NCBI GenBank assembly: GCA_965223335.1
Contig: OZ244991.1
Span: 2,528,001 to 2,592,000 of the forward strand
Length of the DNA: 64,000 nt
Reading direction: 5' to 3'
Origin: Thermodesulfobacteriota bacterium
Lineage (GTDB): Bacteria; Desulfobacterota_D; UBA1144; Nemesobacterales; UBA2774
Both the position numbers and the translations under genes were made by a program. The notes under the pieces were generated by a model. It worked only from the letters and a program-made list of their open reading frames with translations, had not been told where the DNA came from and did no database searches. Of the stretch, positions 1-8,696 are shown one piece after another; position 1 is the first letter of the stretch; each line of letters begins with the position of its first letter.

Positions 1-250
1 TTACCACGGTGTCCCGGCCCCCGCCGTCGATTACAGGACCCTCAAGACCGACTAGTGCAATGCTCTTATCTACCGTCAAGTGCTCGGTGTAGACCCCGCT
101 ACTGACACGGATCGTGTCACCGTCCTCGGCACTGTCTATGGCAGCGGATATAGAGCTTAGCTCTCCTTGGGGAGATACATCGATAGTCTTAGCCCAGCCG
201 CTAACCGTCGCCGTTATGAGCAGGACTGTCAATAATATGCTCTTCCACAT
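1..250 (-). CDS. nosD: NosD nitrous-oxide reductase maturation protein (5' part, runs off the window edge)
   Basis: Manual translation from ATG at 250: MWKSILLTVLLITATVSGWAKTIDVSPQGELSSISAAIDSAEDGDTIRVSSGVYTEHLTVDKSIALVGLEGPVIDGGGRDTVV, a typical NosD N-terminus; lies downstream of nosZ and nosB. Confidence 0.85.
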   Translation of the reverse strand, partial: MWKSILLTVLLITATVSGWAKTIDVSPQGELSSISAAIDSAEDGDTIRVSSGVYTEHLTVDKSIALVGLEGPVIDGGGRDTVV

Positions 251-301
251 AGTTGGCCCCAAAGCAAGGATTAAAGTGAATAGATCAAACCCAATATCTC
301 A

Positions 302-964
302 TTAACCGGCTGTGGCCTGCCCCTTGTCCATTACCAAGGGCTTATAGGCTCTGCGGTGGAAATAGAGGCCGACAAGGATCAGTATCGACGCAGCTATCGA
401 GAGGTATAGACCCACCTCCCACGTTGCCAGCGTTTTGAACTGAGCTATCTGCCCCTCGCCCAAGATCGGGGGCACAAACGGATCTATGGCGTTGCTAAGC
501 GCTGCCCTCGGGTCCAGGTTCATGCCAAAGCTCCGCATCCAAAAGTAGAGGTCGGCCAAGAAAAACGCGGGATACACAATGGCTGGAATACACAAAACAA
601 ATGCAAAGGGGCTGTGAATATAGATACTGGCCACTATGAGCAACGCCAGGCCCACAATGATGAATACACTTAACGTGCGCTCAAGCACCGCTGCTTCCCC
701 CAGGGGTTTCATCCCTATGTAGTGGTTAAGCCCGTCGATCTCGGCTATATCGCCCTTTAGCTGATTTACGTACATAGAGGCCTCGAGCCCTCCCGGGTAC
801 TGTGGCGCAAAGAGCTTAATTTTCCAGTACGGCAGGAATATCGAGATTGCCAGCAGAATCGCAGCACCTACCAATAAGAGCGTGGGCAGCATGAACCTCT
901 TTCGTTCCTTTTCCCATTGCTCTTTAGGAATTCTGGGTCCGAGTAATAGCTCTCTTTCTTTCAT
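302..964 (-). CDS. nosB: NosB-like membrane protein of clade II nos clusters
   Basis: APQYPGGL and EIDGLNHYIGM motifs, four hydrophobic segments, position between nosZ and nosD. Confidence 0.8.
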   Translation of the reverse strand: MKERELLLGPRIPKEQWEKERKRFMLPTLLLVGAAILLAISIFLPYWKIKLFAPQYPGGLEASMYVNQLKGDIAEIDGLNHYIGMKPLGEAAVLERTLSVFIIVGLALLIVASIYIHSPFAFVLCIPAIVYPAFFLADLYFWMRSFGMNLDPRAALSNAIDPFVPPILGEGQIAQFKTLATWEVGLYLSIAASILILVGLYFHRRAYKPLVMDKGQATAG

Positions 965-1066
965 AAAGTAATCTCCGTTTTCAGCTATATTGTCAGATCT
1001 AGCACTTTGTATGCACGCTAAATCTTATCCTACAACTTAAAATAAGCCTCGTGCAACTACCTACAC

Positions 1067-1429
1067 TTACTTACCGGTCAGTATCCGCTTGGCATTTAGG
1101 CCGGCTGTGGCAGCTTTAACATAGTACTGCCAGGCCATATTGTAGCCGAAGTTGGCCTTGTCCCACTGCTCCTCCTTCATAGCGGCATCTCCCTTGGCAA
1201 GCTCCTTGTCGCCCATACCGAGCCACATCACTGCGTCATCCACAAGTCCCTTTGCAGTGGGGTTGCTCTCGGGATTTAGCGTCCCAAGCTCCTCGGCCAC
1301 ACTCACCACAGCGGCCCTTGTGCTCGTGGCCTGCTCTTGCCACGAAGCTGCGGTCTCTTGGTTGTCAGCTGCGATTGCAACTGCGCCTAGTACGAAAAAC
1401 AGGGTTAAAAGCAAACTTAGTGTTTTCAT
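1067..1429 (-). CDS. Secreted helical hypothetical protein within the nos cluster
   Basis: 120 aa, signal peptide ending AIA-A, RBS GGAGGG, co-oriented with the nos genes. Confidence 0.7.
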   Translation of the reverse strand: MKTLSLLLTLFFVLGAVAIAADNQETAASWQEQATSTRAAVVSVAEELGTLNPESNPTAKGLVDDAVMWLGMGDKELAKGDAAMKEEQWDKANFGYNMAWQYYVKAATAGLNAKRILTGK

Positions 1430-1480
1430 CTTAATCCCTCCCCTTAATTGGTTTTGTCTTTTTACTCCCGCTGAGAACCC

Positions 1481-1516
1481 TCCCTCCCGGCATGCTGGGG
1501 TCGATACCGGGAGGGA
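1481..1516 (-). terminator. GC-rich hairpin downstream of nosZ (partial terminator or mRNA-stabilising stem)
   Basis: Inverted repeat TCCCTCCCGG (1481-1490) / CCGGGAGGGA (1507-1516); no strong U-tail on the minus strand. Confidence 0.45.
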
Positions 1517-1532
1517 AAATCAATCGGGTCTC

Positions 1533-3533
1533 TTAGTTCTTCGGTTCTACCAACAGATAGCCCATCATCTCTAGGTGAAGCGCCGAGCAGAACTCTGTGC
1601 AATAGAACGGGTAAACACCGGGCTTGTCGGCCACGAACTTGACCGTGTTGCTCTCCCCAGGCTCTATACTCAGGTTTATGTTGTAACCGTCTATAGCAAA
1701 CCCGTGCGTAGCGTCACGTGCACGTTCCACGTTGGTTATGTGCATTGTGACCTTATCACCCTCTTTCACCTTAATGTGCTCTGGTGTAAAGTGGCTTCGG
1801 ATGGCAGACATCCAAATCTCGACGTTGCCGTTGTTCCTTACTATCTTTTCGTTGCCTATCTTTGCAGCTTTAGGGTTGACAGACATCGTAGCCGGGTTAA
1901 ACCCTACCTCTGGGTAGACCAGCCACGGTTTTAGTTTGTCGGCCTTTATCATCTGCACGTAGTGTGGCTCGCCGATCCCGATGGGCATGTCGTAGAGCAG
2001 CTGCATCTTATCCCCCGAGACGTCTATGAGCTGGAAGTTCTGGGGATGTAGCGGCCCAACGGGGCTAAACCTGTCGATGGCCCATTTGTTAAGCGACACA
2101 CAGTACTTACCGTCGGGAGACACGGTGTCGCCCTCGGCACATACCAGGTGGCCGATGTTGTAATGAACAGGGATCTTTTCTACCAGTGTCCAGGCATCTT
2201 CCCCAGTGTTGTAGGGTGGGCCCAGTTTCCACTTCGAGAGTGTGCTCTCGATAAACACACTGGTATAGGCGTTGCCCTGGTTGTCAAACTGGGTGTGAAG
2301 CGGGCCAAGCCCAATCTCTAGCTGCGCTACTACGGCATCGCTGAAATTGATTATCGGCACACCGTAGGGGTCTGTGCCCTCAAAGCTCTCGTTTTTTATG
2401 GCCTCTTGTATCTTATCAAAACCATAGATCGTAGCGTGCGTATCGAGCTTACCCGATACAACTATGTACTCCCCTCCGGGGGTAATATCGGCGCCGTGAG
2501 GGCTCTTGGGTTCCGGCAGGAAATAGAGGATCCCCTCGGCTACAGCGGTCTCTAGCGAGATTACGTCCGCACCGTTTATCTTTGTTGTCTTACCCGCTTT
2601 GGCTACCTCGGCGGCCTTTTTCCAGTTAATCACGTGCATATAGTCCATGTCTCTTTGCGACACGCCTGCTTCAAACGGAGGGTTGCCGCTCTCAATACCA
2701 CCTGTGGCGAGCTCGGTGTTAATAGAGTTGCAGAATAACCACCCCTCACTTACCTTCTTTCCTGCGTCACACAGGTCCTGCCAGTACGGTGGCACCTCTA
2801 TCTGGAAACCGCCGCCCACAATCCTTCCCTTCTTGCGGTCAAATTTATGGAAAGCGATGATACCCCTGTACTTTTCCTGATACTCGTCGAGTCCCGCATA
2901 ATTTTCAAAGGGCAGCGGGGCTGCGTACTGCGAGGCCTGAATCACCCACTCTGTGTTAGGTGTCACAAACGTAGAGCCGTGATCAGAGATCATATTGGGA
3001 GTTTTCATCATCTGTTTTGTCTCAAAATCGCGCAGGTCAATGACTGCAACCCTCGCATTGGCCTTATCATTAATAAACAGGAACTGTCCGTCGTACTCCC
3101 CACCTGTCTCGCTAAGTGCAGGGTGGTGTGTGTCGGCCCATCTGAGTTCACGGTTCTTGCCAAAAGGCATATCCCCTGCCTTGAGTATATTCTCCGACTC
3201 CTCTGAACCAAACCCATAGCCCTGCCACGGCTCAGGTGTGAAAGCACCTATAACCTTTAGCAGGCGCATTGAAGGCACACCTATTACAAGCACCTGACCC
3301 GAATGCCCCCCCGAGGAAAACATGATGTAATCGTCATGTTTACCCGTAGGCACATAGGTCTTTAGCGCCGCAGTCACATCGTCGGGCGAAAGCCCCCTGG
3401 CCTTGGCAATCTCCTGTGCACTTTGCGGAGTGTCCTGCTTACTTATGGTCTCTATTGAGCCCGTAAAGTAAAACACCCCTGCAATAAAAACAATCAGCAA
3501 TACTGCAATGCCATACCCCTTCTTATTACCCAT
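1533..3533 (-). CDS. nosZ: Sec-dependent (clade II) nitrous-oxide reductase
   Basis: CuZ His motifs DTHH, DHG, SPHG, PLHT, EPH; CuA motif CTEFCSALHLEM; N-terminal hydrophobic leader without twin-arginine; no C-terminal heme c domain. Confidence 0.97.
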   Translation of the reverse strand: MGNKKGYGIAVLLIVFIAGVFYFTGSIETISKQDTPQSAQEIAKARGLSPDDVTAALKTYVPTGKHDDYIMFSSGGHSGQVLVIGVPSMRLLKVIGAFTPEPWQGYGFGSEESENILKAGDMPFGKNRELRWADTHHPALSETGGEYDGQFLFINDKANARVAVIDLRDFETKQMMKTPNMISDHGSTFVTPNTEWVIQASQYAAPLPFENYAGLDEYQEKYRGIIAFHKFDRKKGRIVGGGFQIEVPPYWQDLCDAGKKVSEGWLFCNSINTELATGGIESGNPPFEAGVSQRDMDYMHVINWKKAAEVAKAGKTTKINGADVISLETAVAEGILYFLPEPKSPHGADITPGGEYIVVSGKLDTHATIYGFDKIQEAIKNESFEGTDPYGVPIINFSDAVVAQLEIGLGPLHTQFDNQGNAYTSVFIESTLSKWKLGPPYNTGEDAWTLVEKIPVHYNIGHLVCAEGDTVSPDGKYCVSLNKWAIDRFSPVGPLHPQNFQLIDVSGDKMQLLYDMPIGIGEPHYVQMIKADKLKPWLVYPEVGFNPATMSVNPKAAKIGNEKIVRNNGNVEIWMSAIRSHFTPEHIKVKEGDKVTMHITNVERARDATHGFAIDGYNINLSIEPGESNTVKFVADKPGVYPFYCTEFCSALHLEMMGYLLVEPKN

Positions 3534-3563
3534 AAGGATTCACCTCCATAAATTTTTACTGCT

Positions 3564-3983
3564 TTACTTATCTGCACTGCTCATATTTGCGTCCTCATAC
3601 TTCATATACTCGATCAAAAGCCCGACCTCCTCGGGTGTAAGCCCCTGGTTAGGCATAGGCACGTAATACTCTTTTAGCATCTCCTTGGCTATCTGGTCTG
3701 TCATAATCATCTCGTCGGGATTGGTGAGCCACTTTGTAAGCCACTCGATCTCTCTGCGCTCAGTAACCCCGGCCAGATCGGGCCCGGCAAGCTTGCCCCC
3801 GCCAATCGTATGACAGCCCTGGCATGCTTTTGCGGTGAATAGCTCTTTACCCTTCATCGCATTTTCTTTGTTCACAGTGGGCTTAGACTCCTCGGATTGA
3901 GTACAGCTCGGCAGGCAAAAGTAAAAGGTTGTTACCAGCAGGACTATAAAAAGAAGGTTATAACGGGAATGTGTTTTCAGCAT
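3564..3983 (-). CDS. Monoheme cytochrome c, likely NosZ electron donor
   Basis: CQGCH heme motif, GPDL, distal MP; start moved to ATG 3983 because AAAGGAG precedes it. Confidence 0.88.
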   Translation of the reverse strand: MLKTHSRYNLLFIVLLVTTFYFCLPSCTQSEESKPTVNKENAMKGKELFTAKACQGCHTIGGGKLAGPDLAGVTERREIEWLTKWLTNPDEMIMTDQIAKEMLKEYYVPMPNQGLTPEEVGLLIEYMKYEDANMSSADK

Positions 3984-4017
3984 TATAGTTTCTCCTTTGT
4001 GTTTACCGTTGTATAAT

Positions 4018-4034
4018 GGCAATGTACATGCCAG
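4018..4034 (-). promoter_or_regulatory. Sigma54 (-24/-12) promoter of the nos operon
   Basis: Minus strand CTGGCATGTACATTGCC = GG-N10-GC, close to consensus YTGGCACGNNNNTTGCW, 35 nt upstream of the cyt c start. Confidence 0.7.
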
Positions 4035-4048
4035 AGCTAAATACCCGT

Positions 4049-4061
4049 AATCAATGGATTG
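4049..4061. promoter_or_regulatory. IHF-binding site upstream of the sigma54 promoter
   Basis: AATCAATGGATTG matches WATCARNNNNTTR exactly. Confidence 0.55.
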
Positions 4062-4164
4062 CACTGTACGAGCAAATGTCATGTGTCTTATATTCCGACA
4101 TATTTCGAGTCGCTTATTTAGATGTTTTAATGTGTTTTAATACTGCGGAAGGTACTGAATTTAC

Positions 4165-4383
4165 ATGGAATATATAATAGGTTTTGCTGTTGTTACATTT
4201 ATCGCGTCTTTAGTTGTCGCATATTCTATAATCCATCTGACACAAAGAATCAGTCAATCATTCTTGCAGGCCGGTGGTGAAAAGGGATCGAAAAAGAAAC
4301 GGATAGTTTTTATCTTGGCACTAGGTCTTTTGATCTGGATTCTAATACTGGTCTTTACAATTTCGGGGCTTGAGATGCACTGA
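4165..4383 (+). CDS. Small two-TM membrane protein
   Basis: 72 aa, two hydrophobic helices separated by a basic loop. Confidence 0.6.
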   Translation: MEYIIGFAVVTFIASLVVAYSIIHLTQRISQSFLQAGGEKGSKKKRIVFILALGLLIWILILVFTISGLEMH

Positions 4384-4402
4384 TACACATACCGGGAATA
4401 TG

Positions 4403-5614
4403 CTATTTACCGAATATCTCGCGTGCGATCAGCATCTTGTGTATCTCGTTTGCTCCCTCATATATCTCGCCCACCTTGGAGTCCCTGTATATCTCCTCTA
4501 CCTTATAGGTAGAGTCGTCGTGTCCGAGCTCTACCATAAGCCCATACCCCCCGAATATCTGTACGGCGTCCCGCGCCATATCCACTGACAACTTCGACCC
4601 ATAGAACTTGGCCCCCGAGGATTCCAGTATCGGAAACGCTTCTCCCCCGTCCATACGAAGCGCGCTCTTTATATATAGGTTGCGGGCGTTCTCTATTTCT
4701 ATCGCGCGCTCTGCCATAAGGAACTGCCAGTGCTGAAACTGGTTTATTTTTTTACCGAATGCTTCGCGCTCGGCCATAAATGCCACGCACTCGTCAAAGG
4801 CCGACTGCGCCATCCCTACCCCGCTAGCCCCAATCCCGGTCCTACCGTACATAAGCGCCCCTATACATACACGCAGCCCATCCCCCTCCTTACCTATGAG
4901 GTTTTCCTCAGGGACCTCCACATTCTTAAAATAGACATCATAGGTAAGCTCTCCCCGGTTCCCAAGCTTCTTATCGGGCTCACTGGTCCAGCAGCCCTCA
5001 GAATCCGTGTCTATAACCAGCATGCAGGACTTATTATCCACAGCGACTAGTGTGGCAATATAACTCGATACCCCTGCGTTTGTGATATAACGTTTCTGAC
5101 CGTTAACTATATACTTACCGTCTTTTTTCACGGCTTTTGTTGTTAACGATTCGGATCTCACATCAGAGCCCGACTGCGGCTCGGTCATGGCAAATGAAGC
5201 AATCGCCTTACCCTCCATAAGCGGGGTAAGATAGGTCTTTTTTACGTGATGAGAGCCCTGTTCCACACTCTTTCCGGCAAGCAGGAAGTGGGCGTTTATC
5301 ATCCCCGCAAAGCTTGCACTCATATATGCGAGCTCCTCTGCCAGCACCGCTGCTCCCAGTGCAGGATACTCGAGCCCAAGCCCCCCGTCTTCTGAGCTAT
5401 AGGGGATTTTGAAAAACCCGAGCTCCGCCATCCTGCCAAAGAGGTCGTGGGGGAAGTTGTTGTTATGCTCCCGGTGCTGGCCCATCTCGTAGGCGCGAGG
5501 GAAAAGCTCCTTTTCGGCAAACTCCCTTATCCTCGCCCTAAGCTCTAGGGTCTCCGGTGGCAAAAAGATGTCTTTGTACAGTTTTGTTTGGTTCCTCTCG
5601 GGCAGTTTCCTCAT
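4403..5614 (-). CDS. Acyl-CoA dehydrogenase
   Basis: FAMTEPQSGSD, NGQKRYITN, AVQIFGGYG and IYEGANEI motifs. Confidence 0.95.
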   Translation of the reverse strand: MRKLPERNQTKLYKDIFLPPETLELRARIREFAEKELFPRAYEMGQHREHNNNFPHDLFGRMAELGFFKIPYSSEDGGLGLEYPALGAAVLAEELAYMSASFAGMINAHFLLAGKSVEQGSHHVKKTYLTPLMEGKAIASFAMTEPQSGSDVRSESLTTKAVKKDGKYIVNGQKRYITNAGVSSYIATLVAVDNKSCMLVIDTDSEGCWTSEPDKKLGNRGELTYDVYFKNVEVPEENLIGKEGDGLRVCIGALMYGRTGIGASGVGMAQSAFDECVAFMAEREAFGKKINQFQHWQFLMAERAIEIENARNLYIKSALRMDGGEAFPILESSGAKFYGSKLSVDMARDAVQIFGGYGLMVELGHDDSTYKVEEIYRDSKVGEIYEGANEIHKMLIAREIFGK

Positions 5615-5719
5615 GGGTATCTCCTTACATCTATATAGATATCCAAGAGTAACTAATGAAACAGGAGTCAGTCAATCAATGTCAGGAGCTATCGAATGAC
5701 AGGCAGCACCTGCAACAAA

Positions 5720-6787
5720 TTACGGAATCCACTTGGGCATATTCGCATTTTCTTTTATCCGGATCGGCAGTTGATCTTCCCCATCCGTTGTCACTATAGA
5801 CCCCCCTGCATACATCCCGGCCTCATTTATCTCCAGGTATGCAACCAGGTTACCTTTTACGTTGGGAACTATCGAGATAGGACCGGGTTTGGTGAGCCTC
5901 AGACAATCCGTACCATCCAATTTACAGCCGTAAATGTCATGCGCCGTATTTGCGGCCGGGATGTTGGGAAAGTTGGGCGGCACATCAGGATTTACTCGGC
6001 TAAAGAACACCCTTTTGTTATCATCCGAGAACTCCGGGTCGTGCACACTGGTAACACCATTCGGCCCGCCCTCTATTATCATATGCGGATTAGTTCCATC
6101 TGTGCTCATGACCCAAATATCGACTTGGTTGTCCAACTCATCTACCTTAATGGCTACATATGCCAGCATTGTACCGTCATCGGACACTCCGACATCAGCT
6201 TCTCCAATTGTGGGAGTGTCTGCTAAACGTGTTAGCTCAGTACCGTCATACTTTATTTTGTATATATCGTTTGCACCCGCGTTCTTCATAAAATCCTCGG
6301 GCGTCATAGGATCCGTAACTATGTCCTCGGCCTTACCCGCAAAATATATGAACCCTTCACTGTCCCAGTCCACACCCCCGTTACCGGCTGTAACAAAATC
6401 CGGCACAAGCCGGGCCTCTGTGCTTTCTTCGAGGTCAAATAGCCATAGCCTCGAGAACCCCCCTGCTATACCCTGTGGATTAGGCAGCTGCTCGTTAGCT
6501 ACGATATAACGTCCGTCATAAGACACCGCAGCATGTTCCCATACCCTCGGGTTCTCAAATGTGATCTGCCCGTCTATCTCCCCCGCCAAATCCATCACAT
6601 ATATAAACATGTCCTTGTGATACACAATCTCCGCACCCGTGGGTATCTGTGCCAGTATCACAAAATTAGGCTCTGTGATGTATGTGCTACTTGGCACTCC
6701 CATACCATCACCATTACTGTTACCACAGGCTGTTAGACCAAATATGAACGGTAAAATTAATAGTAGAATTTGAAACACGGCTCTCAT
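5720..6787 (-). CDS. TolB-like beta-propeller lipoprotein
   Basis: Lipobox LTAC; repeats SYDG, SDDG, PEFSDD resembling PD40. Confidence 0.7.
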   Translation of the reverse strand: MRAVFQILLLILPFIFGLTACGNSNGDGMGVPSSTYITEPNFVILAQIPTGAEIVYHKDMFIYVMDLAGEIDGQITFENPRVWEHAAVSYDGRYIVANEQLPNPQGIAGGFSRLWLFDLEESTEARLVPDFVTAGNGGVDWDSEGFIYFAGKAEDIVTDPMTPEDFMKNAGANDIYKIKYDGTELTRLADTPTIGEADVGVSDDGTMLAYVAIKVDELDNQVDIWVMSTDGTNPHMIIEGGPNGVTSVHDPEFSDDNKRVFFSRVNPDVPPNFPNIPAANTAHDIYGCKLDGTDCLRLTKPGPISIVPNVKGNLVAYLEINEAGMYAGGSIVTTDGEDQLPIRIKENANMPKWIP

Positions 6788-6976
6788 ACCATATTTCCCT
6801 ATACCAAGATCCGATACCTATATTAATACCAAATCGACTCAATTTGTTTCACTAAATTACAGATCGAGGTTGAAAGAATACAGGAATCTTAAACCGCATC
6901 ATATATATAGATACAGTATTATTGGAAATACTAATATAAGAAAAACAGATTATACGATTAGATACATATAGAAAGA

Positions 6977-7363
6977 CTACGCCCCGGCACTAGCCGTTTC
7001 ACCGGCTTTGGGGTTAGGACCGTACTGATTGTCCCCCTCGTCACTATCTATTATCATGAAGTATAATAAAACAAGTGGCCCAATAATCGGAATGAAAATT
7101 ATCAATATCCACCAACCGCTTTTGTTGGTATCGTGAAGCCTCCTTATCGTGACTGCGATAGCCGGGACAAGTATAACGAGTGCATATACAGTCCCCAAAA
7201 CCCCAAAACCTGATTCAGCGTTAGCTGTCCCGATGATCTGGTCTACAATACTAAGACCAATCGAAATAATGGCATTGATCAATATAAAAAACCAGTACTC
7301 TTTACGACGCGAACGCCCCGCAAAATCCTTCCAGTTCTTAAGTGCCTTTATATACCAGTCCAT
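6977..7363 (-). CDS. DUF805 (YhaH-like) membrane protein
   Basis: FAGRSRRKEYW, RRLHDTNKSGWW, NQYGPNP. Confidence 0.92.
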   Translation of the reverse strand: MDWYIKALKNWKDFAGRSRRKEYWFFILINAIISIGLSIVDQIIGTANAESGFGVLGTVYALVILVPAIAVTIRRLHDTNKSGWWILIIFIPIIGPLVLLYFMIIDSDEGDNQYGPNPKAGETASAGA

Positions 7364-7547
7364 TCAATCCTCCCCTGCTTCATAATTTTTATCCTATCTT
7401 ATCACTATCGGCTTTTAGTTACAACCATAATTATCTATTCATTAATCTGCCGATAAGCCCTGCGGGGGCATCTTAATCCACCCCCCTCCCAATTGTTCAG
7501 GAGTTAATCGCAAAGAACCGATATATACGAATTGTAAACCTCTTATA

Positions 7548-8648
7548 TCAGTTTTCTTTCTCTGATATATAACGGGCAATACTCTCGGCTATGATTTCGT
7601 GCCCGCGTCGGTTCGGGTGAACATGGTCATCGGGGTTCTCGGTAATTCTCAAGCTAAGCATCCCTACTTTAACAAATTCATCTGCGGGATCTATGGTCTC
7701 AATCCCTGCCCTCTCGGCTTCCATCTCGATAATCCTGTGTACATCCCCGAATGGATATTTTCCTTCATCGTCAAGCTCGAGCCAGGGGATAATCACCACT
7801 ACTACAGAAAAACCGTTTTCCCTTGCCAACCGGCTTAGCTCCCCCATCGCATACCTCATCCTGCCAATCCGGTCAGGGCTCTTGTACCAATCCGCCGGGT
7901 ACACATCCCCAAGCCCTTCCATTAGTCCTAGCAGCTCTGTCTCACTATCCCCAATTTCGGTGATCCGATCTGCATAGTTCTCCCTAAAGACCTCGGGCTT
8001 GTTCTGGTTCTCCATCCAGCCCTTGAGTTTTATTTTTTCGTACATATTAGCAAGCAGTTGCAATGTGCGGCTTTTAAACAGCGGATTCTCCTGCCACTTC
8101 CTAATTTTAAAGATATACTGGAGGTTTGGGCTCGAAATACCAACATCGTTAAGGCACATCCCCACTACTACAAGGTCGGGCTCAAGCCCTACTCCCTTGT
8201 GTCTGAGTTGTGCCGTGTACTGAGCTATGTCATAGCCCCCCACGCCAAAGTTAAGCACCTCGGATACTCTGTCATCCCTATTAAGCTTCTGTTCGAGCTG
8301 AGATGCATAAGTTGCTTCTTCGGGCAAGAAATTGCCGAAAGTAATCGAATCCCCAAGTGTTAGCACCCTGTAAACATCGTCGCCGCCAAGCACCCGTTCA
8401 CCACCTCGTATACCCAGTGAGTTTATCCGGACATCAGTACCCCACGCGTGCCCCGAAGAGCCCGGGGTAAGCTCGTAAATTACATCCGGGTCCACAGAGT
8501 TTCTAAGTATAAGCTCTCTGCCGTCCTTAAACTTATGGAGCGTGTTATATCCGACGACACGCAGAACAAGCTCAATGGCCCCAAACACAACCACTAGAGC
8601 AATAAGCACCATAAGCATGTTTAACAAGATTTTTTTGTTTTGATACAT
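7548..8648 (-). CDS. SGNH/GDSL hydrolase family membrane-anchored protein
   Basis: LGDSITFG, NFGVGGY, LND, DHVHPN blocks; N-terminal TM. Confidence 0.9.
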   Translation of the reverse strand: MYQNKKILLNMLMVLIALVVVFGAIELVLRVVGYNTLHKFKDGRELILRNSVDPDVIYELTPGSSGHAWGTDVRINSLGIRGGERVLGGDDVYRVLTLGDSITFGNFLPEEATYASQLEQKLNRDDRVSEVLNFGVGGYDIAQYTAQLRHKGVGLEPDLVVVGMCLNDVGISSPNLQYIFKIRKWQENPLFKSRTLQLLANMYEKIKLKGWMENQNKPEVFRENYADRITEIGDSETELLGLMEGLGDVYPADWYKSPDRIGRMRYAMGELSRLARENGFSVVVVIIPWLELDDEGKYPFGDVHRIIEMEAERAGIETIDPADEFVKVGMLSLRITENPDDHVHPNRRGHEIIAESIARYISEKEN

Positions 8649-8696
8649 AGGGTCTGATCTCTCGGAGGCTTTAAAGCCCGGTCGGCCACTACAATA

